A DNA stretch of 64,000 nucleotides, taken from the NCBI GenBank assembly GCA_030324005.1, contig JARDVH010000025.1, positions 120,095,670 through 120,159,669 on the forward strand. Direction: 5' to 3'. Origin of the DNA: Negaprion brevirostris (taxonomy: Eukaryota). The position numbers and the translations under genes are program-made. Below, piece by piece: positions 12,496-25,034 of this stretch; the first letter of the stretch is position 1; the number at the start of each line of letters is the position of its first letter. The notes under the pieces are model-generated. The model was not told the origin of the DNA, did no database searches, and saw nothing but the letters and a program-made list of their open reading frames with translations.

Positions 12496-15400
12496 CTTTC
12501 CTTATTCATTCGGGGGACATGGACATCGCTGGTTGGTCAGCATTTATTGTCCAACACTGGCTGCTTTGAAAATTCGGTGGTGAGCTGCATTTTGAATCTC
12601 TGCATCCATTTTGTGTGGGTTGATCCACAATCCCTTTTGGGACGAAATTGCAGGATTTTGATCCAGTAAGTGCGAAGGGAAGTCAATCCTTTTCCAAGTC
12701 AGGATGGTGAATGTCTTGGACAGAAATTTGCAGGTCGTGGTGTTTCAATTTATCTGGTGCCTTTGCCCTTCTAGATGGAAGTGGTCGTGAGTTTGGAACG
12801 TGCTGTCTGAGGATCTTTGGTGAAATGCTGCAGTGCATCTTACAGATAGTAAACATTGCTGTTACTGAGTTCTGGGGTGGAGGGGTTGAATGTTTATAGA
12901 TGTGATGTCAAACAATCGGGCTGTTTTGTCCTGAATGGTGTCACGCTGCTTGAATGTTGTTGGAACTGCACCCATCTAGGCAAGTGGGGTGCATTCCACC
13001 ACACTCCTGACTTGTGCACTGTAGATGGTGGATAGCCTTTGGGGAGTCAGGAGTGTGCTAGTCGCCGCAGTACTCCTAGGCTGTAACCTGCTCTTGTAGC
13101 CACCGTGTTCATATCATGAGTCAAATTGAGATTCTGGTTAATTGTAACCACAAGGATGTTGACAGAGATGGATTACGCCATTTAATGTCAAGGGGAGGTT
13201 ATAAGAGTTCTCTTATTTGTGATGGTCATTGTCTGGCACCAATGTGGCGCACATGTTGCTTCCTACTTGTCAGCCCAAACCTGGATATTGTCCAGATTTT
13301 GTTGCATTTGAGCATGGGCTGCATCAGTATCTGAGGAATTGTGAAAGGTGCTGGAAATTGTGCAATCATCGGCGAACATCTCGCTTCTGACCTTATGAAG
13401 GAGGACATGTTATTGATGAAACAGCTGAAGATTATTGGACCTAGGACATTACCCACAATTTTTCCAACATTGATATCCTAGAGTTGAGATGCCAACCTCA
13501 AAGATCCTCCAATGGACCAGCTACGACTCCAACCAGCAGATAATTTATCCCCTGGCTCCCATTGATTCCAGTTTTGCTGGGGCTCATTGATGCCACACTC
13601 AGTCGAATGCGGGCTGAATGACAAGAGCTGTCACCCTCGCTTCACCTCTGGAATTTCGCTCATTGATTGGACCAAGGCAGAAATGAGATCTGGAGCTTGG
13701 TGACCCCGGCAAAGAACAAACTGGGCGTTTTGAGCAGATTATTGGTTAACACGTTCTGCTTGACAGCGCTGTGGATGACCCCTTCCATCACTGTGCTGAT
13801 GATCGAGAGTAGAATGCTTGAGCGGGAAATGGGTTGGTTGGATTTGTCCTGCTGTTTCTGTACATAACATACCTGACCAATTTTCTGCAGTATTTGCAAC
13901 ACGCTAGCATGTTAACTTTACTGGAAGTGCTTGGCTAGGGGAGCGGCAATTTCTGGAGATTAAGTCTTCAGTACTATGTTATCAGTGCCCGTTGTTTTTG
14001 TNNNNNNNNNNTGTAGTACACAGTGCCTCCAACTTGTTTATTGATATCATGTGCACTGAATCGATTTGGCTGGAGACTGGCATCTCAGATGCTGGGGACT
14101 TGATGCAAAAACTTCAGCCTTATCTATTGCACTAATGGGCTGGTCTCTTCCATCAATGAGGATGGGGATATTTGTGGAGCCTCCTTCTCCAGTGAGTTGT
14201 TTAATTGTCCACCAGCATTCTCGACTGGATGTGTGAGAATCTTTTGACCACTTCACTCTATCAAGTCTATTGCTTGCCCCTTTTGCCATTTGGCATGCGA
14301 GTAGTCTTGTCTGGAAGCTTCACCAGGTTGATACCTCATTTTTATGTGTTCCTGGTTCTGCTCCTGGCATGCCCTCCTGCACTCTCCATTGAACAAATGT
14401 TGATACCTGGCTTGATGTCATTGGTTGAGTCGGGATATGTTGGGCCATGGGATTGTAGATTGTGCTGGAGTACAGATCTGTTGTTGTTGATGGCCCATCG
14501 CGCCTCATGGATGCCTAGCCTTCAGTTGCTAGGTTGGTTCGATGTCTATCCCATTTAGTATGGTGATTGTGCCAAACAACATGATGGAGGTTATTCTCAA
14601 AGTGAAGGTGAGACTTTGTCTCCACAAGGACTGTGCGGCGGTCACTCTTGCCCATACTGTAATGTACAAATGCACCTGCAGCATGCGATTTGGTAACGAT
14701 GATGTCGAGTATGTCTTTTTTTTTCTTGTTCATTCCTTCACCAAATGCTACAAACCCAGTCTAGCAGTTATATCCTGTATGACCCGACCAATTCGATCAG
14801 TAGTTCTGCTTCCGAGCCACTTCTGGTGGTGGACATCGAAATCCCCCTCCCTGAGTGGATTTTGCGTCCTTGCTACCCTCAGTGCTTCGTCCAAATGTTG
14901 ATCAACATGGTGGAATATTGATTCATCAGCCCCCGCAGAAGCATGGTATGTGGTAATCAGTAAGAGGTCTTGTTCCCCATGGTTAACCAGAAGCCACGGG
15001 ATTCACGAAGCCCGGAGTCCATTCCGACTGTATACCACTGTGGCCCCACCTCGGTGTGACAGGGCATATCCACGTGTAGAAATAGTGGTGTCCGGTCTGT
15101 TATCTGTAAGGTATGATTCCATGAGTTTGATTATGTCAGGATATTGCTTTACCATTCTGTGACTCAGCTCTCCCAATTTTGGCACTCGCTCCCAAGTGTT
15201 AGTAAGGAGGACTTTGCAGGGCCGAAAGTGCTGTTTGTTTTGCTGTTCTCTTTTTCGGTGCATGGGTCGACAGCAAGTGGTCTGTCCAGATTCCTTTCTT
15301 TCTTCATTCTGTGGAGGGATTGTACCAACTGAGTGGCTTGCTAGGCCATTTCAGAGGGCAAGCAAGAGCCAAGCATATTGTTGTGGCTCTGAAGTCACAA

Positions 15401-15638
15401 GCAGGCCAGGCCAGCTAAGGACGACAGACTTTTGTCCCTAAAGGAGAATAGTGAATCAGTTTTTTTTTTCAGACAATTAACAATGATTTCATGTCAGTAG
15501 ACTCTTAATTCGAAATATTTTTATTGAATTCATATTCCACCAACAGTTGTGGTGGGATTCAAAACCAAGTGCCCAGAACATTTTCTAGGCTTCTGGATTA
15601 TTAGTCGAGCAATAATGCCACGAGGCCATCGCCTCCCC
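12496..15638 (-). mobile_element. Near full-length decayed CR1/L2-group LINE (APE + RT) with tRNA-like 5' head
   Basis: PDIIKLMESYL, RGGATVVY, ILDIIVT, GKSDRRTVLVETK (APE); ILLSIISTVMEGV, GNVLGPIIFSCFINN (RT); A/B-box-like motifs at 15618-15628 and 15555-15566. Confidence 0.8.
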
Positions 15639-16906
15639 AAGTGTGTTCACTTGGCACAAAATTTTTGCATGCAGTTGCAACAATTAATACAGAAGGAAAA
15701 TACTATGTCAGAGACCTGGTGAGATGATTTGAACAAACAATCATTGTTGTAGTTGTATTGTAGCTTGGGCAGACGTAATATGCAGAATTGTGCACAACTC
15801 TAGTCTCTACATCTTAAGAAGAGTGTACTTGCAATAGAGGGAATGCAGCGAACGTTGGCCAATTAATCGCTGGGATGGTGACATTTTCATATGGGAAGAA
15901 CTTGTGGACTCCAAGGTTGCACTGTCTGGAATTTCGGATAATGAGTGAGATGTGACACAACATGCACGCACAGAGTTCANNNNNNNNNNNNNNNNNNNNN
16001 NNNNNNNNNNNNNNNNNNNNNNNNNNNNNNNNNNNNNNNNNNNNNNNNNNNNNNNNNNNNNNNNNNNNNNNNNNNNNNNAGTTCACACTGGGGCTAGCAG
16101 GGTGAAGAGTGATACGATGTTATCCTTTGAACAAACAGTCAAAATCATTTGGGCTATAACTCTCTGCCTGATGTCGAATTAGAGAGGTTCAACGAAGTAT
16201 GGTGGGAAATCAATCTCGAAAAACTCAAGGTAAGTGTTTGTATGCAATAGCCTAGAAGCAATGAAACAATTTGGGCAATAGTGTTGCGCTGTCAGCCATT
16301 CCAACGCATGAATAACATTTCTAACTTTGGATTATTCCGCCTGATTCAGGGCAATTGTTGCTAAAAATATAGGACAGACAAAACATTTTCCAGCTTAATG
16401 ATTTAAAAAAATACTCTTTTGAAAACCTAGATCATTCGATGCACTGGTACGCCATAATTTCCCATCCACAATGATCACCAATCCATAATATTCCCCACTC
16501 CTGATGGGATTTCCTCCACTCTCCGTCCATTGAGGTTACGCCGTTCCAAATCTAAGGGCTCGGCTCTCATATCTGACTTGACTACCATACTCCACAACTG
16601 ATTTCACTATCCAAAGCACTCTATCTGACTCCGGAGCATGACCAACAGCAGCTCCACTCCACTGTTTGCTATACCGCTGTGCTCAATACGATGAGATAAT
16701 AACTTTACAGTTCAAGTCCCGCTTAGTAAATGAACGCCAAATAATTTGCTTATCACACCTTTTGTTTTGCAAAGGGGTTTCGCTTCAATATCTTGCCCAT
16801 GGATTACCATTCTCATCCTTTGAGGAAAGAACTGAAAAATAGCAATTGCGATTTGATACTAATTTTGTGCCCTTCATTAAATTATTGCCGTAAACATTTT
16901 TTTCAC

Positions 16907-17223
16907 CTGAACAATTGACAGACGCCGCCTCATGATGCCTGCAGTTGTGATCTCCCAAAGCTTTTTTGTTCCGCAGTGCAGTAAGTTGTCCTCGTTTCCG
17001 GTACAATTTACATCATCCAGCCAGAAGGAACCAGGTGAGTCTCCAAAATAAGCGTCTGTCAGAGCTCTGTTGGCGGACCCAAAGCCCAACTGCGTGCACA
17101 CGACGTCGGCATCATGTTTGTCCCAATCGTCATCGCACGCTGCCCCCCACGTGTTGTTATAATATAATTCCACTCTTCTTGAAGCAGAGTTAAAATCATT
17201 TGTCAATCGTAATGTGGCGTCAG
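16907..17223 (-). pseudogene. SRCR exon with +2 frameshift near its 3' end
   Basis: cttttag/GTGAAA bounds give 317 nt; the frame shifts in an A6 run after LLHCGT; ALGDHNCRHHEAASVNCS lies in another frame. Confidence 0.75.
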
Positions 17224-17765
17224 CTAAAAGAAAGAACATGGTGGGTGGGGGGACAACACCAATTTCACTTATTGAATCTATTATCCTTTGTGAGAAAACC
17301 TCGGCAATCAAAGAGATTTGATTTTCCCTATATTGGCCTGAGCTTATTTTTATTATTGCTTTACTTTATTCTATTCACAGACCTTGTTCCTCGCGTTATG
17401 TAACGTCAGTTATTCACGTTACGTAAGAAGTATCTCCTATTGAGTCGAATTCTAAGAGATGCAAATGTCATTTGAAAGCTATTGTTTTCTTTGCAGTGTC
17501 GGACACGAAATTTCACTTGAACAAAAACATAAGTTCGCGGCTATTTTGTGCTGCAGTGTTTTTTTTTCGGAAATATTCATTTTGCTTGGGATTCGTGCTC
17601 TGGAATGTTCCTTAAAAATATTAATTGTTTTGACATGTCCGCCAATCGCACGCCAGAAATCATTATTAGGCTATCCCTTCAGTCGCGAACTTTGTATCTT
17701 ATTTCCATCATATTTCTGTTTGGATATAATACATGCATTCTGTAGGTAAAACGAACGTTTGATAC

Positions 17766-18080
17766 ATAAGCAAATTACAGACGCTGCTTCGCCCGCATTG
17801 CAGTCATGCTCTCTAACGGAGTTTGAACGACGCTGGAATAAATTCCACTCGATCCCTTTGGCATTTAACATCATCCAACCAGAAATTTCCAGACGCAGCT
17901 CCAAAATGAGCATTGCTGAGAGCTGATTTAGCGCGCCCGTAGCCCAACTGTCGACAGACAAATCTCGCAACTTCCATATTCCAGTCGTCATCACAGACCG
18001 CACCCCAGCTGTCATTAAATGTAGTTCCACACCTCCGGGGCAAGGATTGGATCCATCAATCAAGCGCACTGGGATGTCAA
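17766..18080 (-). pseudogene. Degenerate SRCR exon with compensating -1/+1 frameshifts
   Basis: cctttag acceptor, weak T|GTATC donor; SRCR motifs split between two frames ([14 protein letters not shown] / [19 protein letters not shown] / KGIEWNL..EAASVIC); Cys4->Tyr, Cys6->Arg. Confidence 0.8.
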
Positions 18081-18666
18081 CTAAAGGAATGAAGCGTGGA
18101 AATCGAATCATTTGTATCCTGATTTGTTTACTCTTCGAATTACAGCGTGATTATTATTATAATAATAACAATAATAATGGAAGATGAACGACACTAAAAA
18201 CTAATTCCCCATTCACTGATAATCTACTTCCCGGCGAAATAAAGAGGTAATCATGAAAAAAAAAGACGTCTCCGTTGACGTCATCCTTTTTTTTGATTCT
18301 GGAATAATTCTTCCGGATGGCGGGTGACAATATTAATCCTTGTATTCAGGAAATAAATGAGGGACGGTTAAAACAGGGAATTAAAACGGTTAACCCGCCA
18401 GCAGTAATAATGAAAATTGAAGTGTCCATTATAAAATATTTGGTAACAAAATAGAGGAGAAACATTTTCTTTGTTCCCAAGTACGGTGTATATCTCCCAT
18501 TGGCGCTTACAAAAAAACCCTGAAAATGTGTACAGAGTAATTTGTACTTACGATGGACAGAACATAATTAAATGTGTAACTGAATAGATAGACCGCTAAG
18601 CAGTTGTTGTTTCTAGTGAAAAATAATTATGATGTGGAGATGCCGGAGTTGGACTGAAGTAAACAC

Positions 18667-18770
18667 AGTAAGATGTCTTACAACGCCAGGTTAAAGCCCA
18701 CCAGGTTTATTTGCGTTTATTATCAAATAAACCTGTTGGACTTTAACGTGGCGTTATGAAACTTCTTACT
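18667..18770. repeat. Imperfect inverted repeat (47-bp arms, 10-nt loop), MITE/Penelope-derived-like
   Basis: 18667-18713 versus reverse complement of 18724-18770: 40/47 identical by eye. Confidence 0.85.
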
Positions 18771-18829
18771 ATGAAAAATAAGTATCCAGCTTTAGTTGAA
18801 CAGTCAACGCTTGAGAACATCCAGTTACA

Positions 18830-20115
18830 TTGGACAGAAGTCTATAGCATTGCGAAAGAAGAAAACACCGTAAACCCAAATTCGAAGCTCACCTGGAATG
18901 CCTGGTCAGGATAGTAGTCTTGTTACTCGCCGCCATAATTCATCGACAACATCCAATGTTGTAGTGTTGCAACAAAAGGGTTCTGTACGCATCTATGGAG
19001 AATTCACTGTCACTGTTAACCTCGTGTGGCGTGCTGAAAAATGCCCACTTCTCAGATTCAGGACATTGTTTGGCTGGTCTGGACGGTGGGCAGAAATGCT
19101 GCAAACACGGGACACTTAACACATGCTAAATGATGAGAAGTATCATAACTATTTTAACATCAAGACACACACAGGACTGTACAAAATCGCAACATTTCAT
19201 CAGTACCTATTTGAAAGGATATTAACGCTGTTGGCTGATCACCCAACACTCGCCTCAATACCCACCACACATATGCCTACCTTCTTCATTTGAAAACGCG
19301 ATGTAGCGCTGGACATTTACATTGTGTGCACACACATAACATGTGAATAGCCAATGTGCAGTAGAATGAATTTTCGAGGCTGGCCCGCCAGTCAATCTCG
19401 AGGGTTCCGCTCACACAGGCTTCTGCTACCTGGCATACGTATAGAACACAAGCAGTGTCTCAGTCCAAACCATGAAGGCTATCTTTGTGCATCCACCTTC
19501 ATCCAAAGTCATTGAACTTGTGGTGCACAGAAATACGGCCGATGTCTTACAAGTCTCACCTGATCTTCGTCATGGCGTTATCAAGATGACAGAATTATCA
19601 GTCACTTCATGGTGTTTGCTTTGGGGCATGCAGTCTTTATTTATAATTCATGAAACGGACGTTGAATAAACTGCATTATGGGATAGAGATCGATAGAGAT
19701 CGATAGAAATTACTTTTAATATGCTAGTCTGGATCAAGATATTGAAGTAAAGGCATGGACGTGTTCCTCATTTTCGAGTGTGAAAAACCTGCCTCAAATG
19801 GTACATCTCTATGCATAGAGTTGGCCGTCCATCTCATGCGAACGCTTCAACCTTCATGTTACTTGTCCATTTGATGGAAGAATATTCGTGGCGGTCGTAT
19901 TTTTTCTTCCACTCCAAAGAAACAAAAATTTAAATTAGGTGTTCCATTACAGTTGAGAGTGCAAGTCAAAGGCCAGGAACTGTACTACGTAACCAGAGTT
20001 GCAGAGCAAATTTTGGCTGACAAAGGGCTTCGTTTGCCTCGCAGGATTTTGGGGAATTTTTAGAGAAGTAATCGAATCCCGCACAGCACCTCAACACCTC
20101 AGCCTTGTTCTCCAA
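18830..20115 (+). mobile_element. Highly decayed Ty3/Gypsy pol relic
   Basis: KGSVRIYGEFTVTVN..EKCPL (RT), HQYLFERILTLLADH (RNase H), LADKG..F..FL..N.I.H (integrase) in Gypsy order. Confidence 0.7.
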
Positions 20116-23100
20116 ACGAAACATACTGCATCAGAGTCNNNNNNNNNNNNNGTCTATATCTACCGACATTCGTGATCGTATAACTGATAGACGTGCAGAT
20201 TGCAATAGATTTACACTGCAGTGATTCCAAAATTGTATGTTATGTCCAACAAGCTGTTTACGGAACACTATTTTACATACGTGTACCTGAACTTGACAAT
20301 TCAAAAATAGGTAACTTGCAAATAATGTAATTGCATCGAGTCCACTCCATAACAATGAGTATTATGTGCACATTTCCCACAATGTTATTTGGCAACTGCT
20401 GCAGCAACAGATAGAGTTGCACTCTGTGAGTCATGTTACTAATTATAATGTGAAGGGACTGTGGTTGTGCGCACTTTGTCAAGGGATACAACAGTAGGAA
20501 GCTGTAGTCGGTGTCACGATATTCTAGCTCAATGTATAATAAATCTATAATTCCAAATGTTCCTTAAATAAATGACTGGCAATTCAGAATATTATTTTTC
20601 TGTATTTCATTGTGAGGGTGTGGCAAGGTGGCGGGGAGTAAGGCTGAGTCTTTGCCTATGTTTGCCATATGTCCCTGACGTGGAACAGATAAGGCTCACG
20701 GGACTGTTGGCCTACTGCATCTCCCTTTTTGTCAGGTAATATATGGATAGGATTGTTAAGTGTGAAAAAGATGTTTAAAATATCAATGATGCAAGGAAAA
20801 TCTAAGAATTTGCATATAAATTGTTACTTCCACTGGAAAAGGAGAAGACAAGGCACCGCAAAAGCTGCTTCTGACTGTTTTGATCCCATAGCTAAACAGC
20901 CAGTCTGGTGAGGCTCAAGCTAATCTATCTAATGATGTTAAAGATTTTGACGGGAAAGTTAATGGGATCTCACTCAACGGTATAACTTGGGATCGACTGT
21001 AAAGTAACATTCTAATTCAGGAAATTCTAAGAATTTATAAAAGGTTAGGCAATTCCTGAAGAATCTAATTAAATTCATTCGATATTTAACTAAATAAGAA
21101 TAATATGGCAAAATTAGTTTTCCAACTCAAATGTTATTATATACTCCAAGTATGAATCAGAGCAACGACATGTGTATGCAATTATTTGAAAATATTTTGC
21201 CAGTTACTCGTCCACCAATGTCCATATGCTTCATGTCTTCGAGCTAACAGACAAAAAAAAACGAGTTTCAAGCATTGCTTACTCCAATGCAATCCTTCAC
21301 TATTAGAAACGTAGGTAGACCTACTTGAGACTCGCACAGCATCTATAGATGGCGGTTCAGCATCAATTTTCCACCGTAATTAGGAATGTGCAAGAAATGT
21401 TGGTCTTGCGAGTGACAACAGCTCAAAAGTCGTACTCCAGACTCTCTGCTTTGTGAGAGCAACTACCTTATAACATTCAGAAAGAAAATCCTACCAAATT
21501 CAACAGTTCTCAACGATATACATCGTTAAAGTAGACAGTAGCATGCAATTTAATTCTGCCTCAATTTCGTTGTGCCACCTAAATGCCACCCACGATTGAA
21601 AATATTAATCTTGGAAATGCCACTATCTCTCCTCACGTCGGTTGCATAGTTTTATTTTCAGGGGCAGTTTGAGTAAGTTTCCATTAAAAAGAAACGTATC
21701 AAACGAATGACCTCAATATATTCGCAAAGTTCCGCAAAATAAAGAAGTTTGAGAGCGAGAGAGAAGGATTTATACGACTAGGATTGTTGTAATATGTAGC
21801 CATCAAACAACTGAGATGGAAACAATTATTACCATCCGGCTGGAATGTTCTGGAGGATTTCGTTGTTTAGAAATTAATTGGTAACTTCCTTACATTGCAT
21901 ACTTTTCTAAAACATTTTCATTTAAGTTCACGACGACATCTTGCGGCCATTAAACGTATAGATCAATGCAAGTTTTATTTCTTCACTGGATTGTATTGTG
22001 GCCGTCATCGGCTCGGGTCACTTGTTAATGGCCCGATCTCCAAGTGCGTTTTCTGGGTTTTAGATACAAATGATGTCTTGGCCTTGCCTTATGTTATTAG
22101 GGAAGCGATTGTGAGCAAGGGAAGGAGTTAAACTGCACGCCAATAGTAAATATGTGAAAATACGTTGTGGTTGGGGAACGGGGGCGGAAGTGGGGGGGAT
22201 GGAGGGTTGGCGGGTGCGGGAGGTGGTGGGGGGGCGGACAGGCTTGCGTGGAGAGAAGTGGGGGCAGGGGTGGGGGGGACGGCGTCGGGGGAGTCCAGGG
22301 CATGCTAATGTATCCCGATCATGCCTGTGCAGAGTCAAAAGGCCAGGCATTCTTTGATCTGCTGTCTGTGTCCAGAGGTACATTTGAGGGGAGTCCGGAT
22401 CATCCGGCACTCCGTCACAATTGGCTGCTGTCCCTGAATTAAAACCGAGTGTCTTAGTCCATATGTTTGACATTTACTGACTATTGATTGCGGAGGCCAT
22501 AGAGCGCTTATCCAGTCACTGCGGCTACTTTCAGAGCAGCNNNNNNNNNNNNNNNNNNNNNNNNNNNNNNNNNNNNNNNNNNNNNNNNNNNNNNNNNNNN
22601 NNNNNNNNNNNNNNNNNNNNNNNNNNNNNNNNNNNNNNNNCGGGGGGGGGCGGGGGGGGGGGCGGGGGCGGGCGGGGGGGGGGGGCGTTGGGGCGAAGGG
22701 AAGAGCAACCGGCTGAGTCCCTGCCTGAGCCTAGCCTTTGCAATGAACTGGCTGCTCTAATCTCCCTTCCCGGCCAACCACTTTGACCACAAATTTGATG
22801 AATGGGATCATGTTACCTCGTCTGTCGGATATGTTCAATAACGGCAGGAAATAACATTGAACCGTTATCAGACTGCAGCTTGGATGCGGAAAATGTAAAG
22901 TTGCATTTTATTGAAATATGGCGTTTCGCTCCAACGCAGATCCGTTTCCCGTTGAATGAGGGATACATTCAGATCGAAATGCCTGTTTTTTTTTTGTTAC
23001 TTTTTTTTCCTATGTTAAGAATCTGGTCATCGATATTTGGGGAATTCCAAATAAGTTTTCCGAATACAAAGATTGCTGAACACATTTTACAAATCTGCAT

Positions 23101-24559
23101 TTCATACAGTCATGCAATATGTTGACATTTTACATCTATTGCATATAACATCAGCGCATGGTGGGTGCTGCATTTACCATAAAAAGCATGGGTAAAAAAA
23201 AAAGTTAAATCTTACTGGCACCTCCTGCCATTTGGCCCAGTCCGAAAATAACCTCTGAGGTCCAACCGTAATTTTATTTGCAATGATCTCAGCAAGTGAG
23301 TTACTTTGTTGTCTGAACCCTTCGTGACCATTTGGCCACACATGCGATTAGATTTGGACCATGCCTACTGGCTCTCCTCTCATCCTAATGGCAAAGGCCG
23401 ATGCCATTGGCAACGGAAATTGTCAATTCAGTTTTTTTTTCCTTTCGGCAAGTGAAAGGTTATTGATAAAGCAACTCGATGAAGAAATCAGGTACCGCAA
23501 ACGAAGCAAGTATTCACGACCATTGGATTGTCCGATGATTATGCTTTGCTCAGTGTGGCCGTGGCTCGTCGGTGTCTCCAGAGCATTGTTTACCAGGGGG
23601 AAAAAATGCTGCCATGAGGCGTATTGCATGGATTTGCAGGCTTATAACCAATGTAAAACCATCTTATTCGGAGTGTTGGAGGGGAACTTGAACACGCACC
23701 TTCCAGCCCTGAGGTACGGATGGCCCTTTTGTGCAACAAGGTCCCACTGGAATGAAGACTCCTTGGCTTACGTTGCCCAAAAGCCATTGGTCGAAGTTAT
23801 AATTTTTAAAAAGTAGCAACTGGCGTGGCTGATACAATGTGAATATTTCTGAATGTTATTCTTCATCCAATTTTCCGAGATGTCTCCTAAAGAGGAAGTG
23901 ATTCCACCTTTCTACAATATTTCAAGTCAGCTTTTTTTTCCCTGCTAGGTGTTTCAGCTCATAACCTCTCTATTATATTTTAAACACACACACATATACA
24001 CAAACCTACATAGGCACACAGACACAAACGCAAATATCCACATTGGTGGACGTACATAAATGACATGAACACAGAGGCACATGCACACACACACGAACAC
24101 AGACACGCACACACACACACACGCCCACACGCATGCCCCACGCACACAATGTCCATATTATTAGCATTTAGGAGGAATGTTTTTCAATTTTATCAGCGCT
24201 TATGGCAGTTGATGCTCCACTCCGCGTGCAAGAAGTGGTCATTCTTTGATTACCTTGATTAAAACATTTGAGTGAATCATGGAAAGCAGTGTAATCATGT
24301 AGAATAATAAAAAAAAAGTGATGCCCAGTGTACTGGTGCTGGCAAATGTAATTACACCCTTTTTTTGTCAGATAAAACTCTACTCCATTCTTTTCAGAAG
24401 GAGTGGGACAGGACGGGAATCCAAGGTGGGTTCGGTTGGACTGAGATGGAGGAGGCTCAATCTTAATTTCTGCAGGTGTGAGGTCAAATTCCACCTTGGG
24501 TATGCAAGTGGAGATCAAAACAACAATGTACTTAGAATGGAAAGCATTTGTCACTGACG

Positions 24560-24752
24560 GTAGCCAGGAAAATATCCACGAGTGCTTATAGGTCACTTTA
24601 CGGTACGCAATCTGATATCTTAATTTTTCTGGCTTATATGGAAGTCCTCGCTTGGTATGCCCTCTGAATGAACTGGCATTCAAGGAAACACAAGGGTTGG
24701 CCCCAAATACTGGCCTTTATAGCGACACCCAATTACAATGGAGAACAAAAAA
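24560..24752 (+). mobile_element. Old tRNA-derived (SacSINE1-like) SINE 3' portion
   Basis: Resembles both the head-proximal part and the 3' tail of the 12.5-15.6 kb element, ends in an A run; heavily diverged. Confidence 0.45.
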
Positions 24753-24944
24753 ATTAGATAATTGGTTGGAGAAATGGCCAGACCAGCTATAGTTTTCTAA
24801 TTGACGGCTGTGTGCATCGCTTATTTCGGCAGAAGTTATTACCCAAATTTAGTAGCCATTGATAAGGAAGAAGCGAATTGCCTTCTTGAACCAGCACTGT
24901 CCCTGAAGTGTACGTACACCCACAGAGATGTTCAGTATGGAGTT

Positions 24945-25034
24945 AAAAACAAAAACAAAAGAACAAAAACAGCCCGGGAAACAGGCCCTTCGGCCCACCG
25001 AGCCCGCGCCGCCATTTTAACATTACCAGTCCCC
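24945..25034 (-). mobile_element. Young CR1 3' end running into N gap
   Basis: Nearly identical reverse complement of 9395-9480. Confidence 0.8.

Noticed and set aside
22150-22700. G-rich tracts with Pro/Gly-rich ORFs, G-quadruplex potential
   Set aside because: Low-complexity sequence next to a gap; no evidence of function
23361-23816. 151-aa plus-strand ORF
   Set aside because: No recognisable motif; probably old repeat-derived sequence
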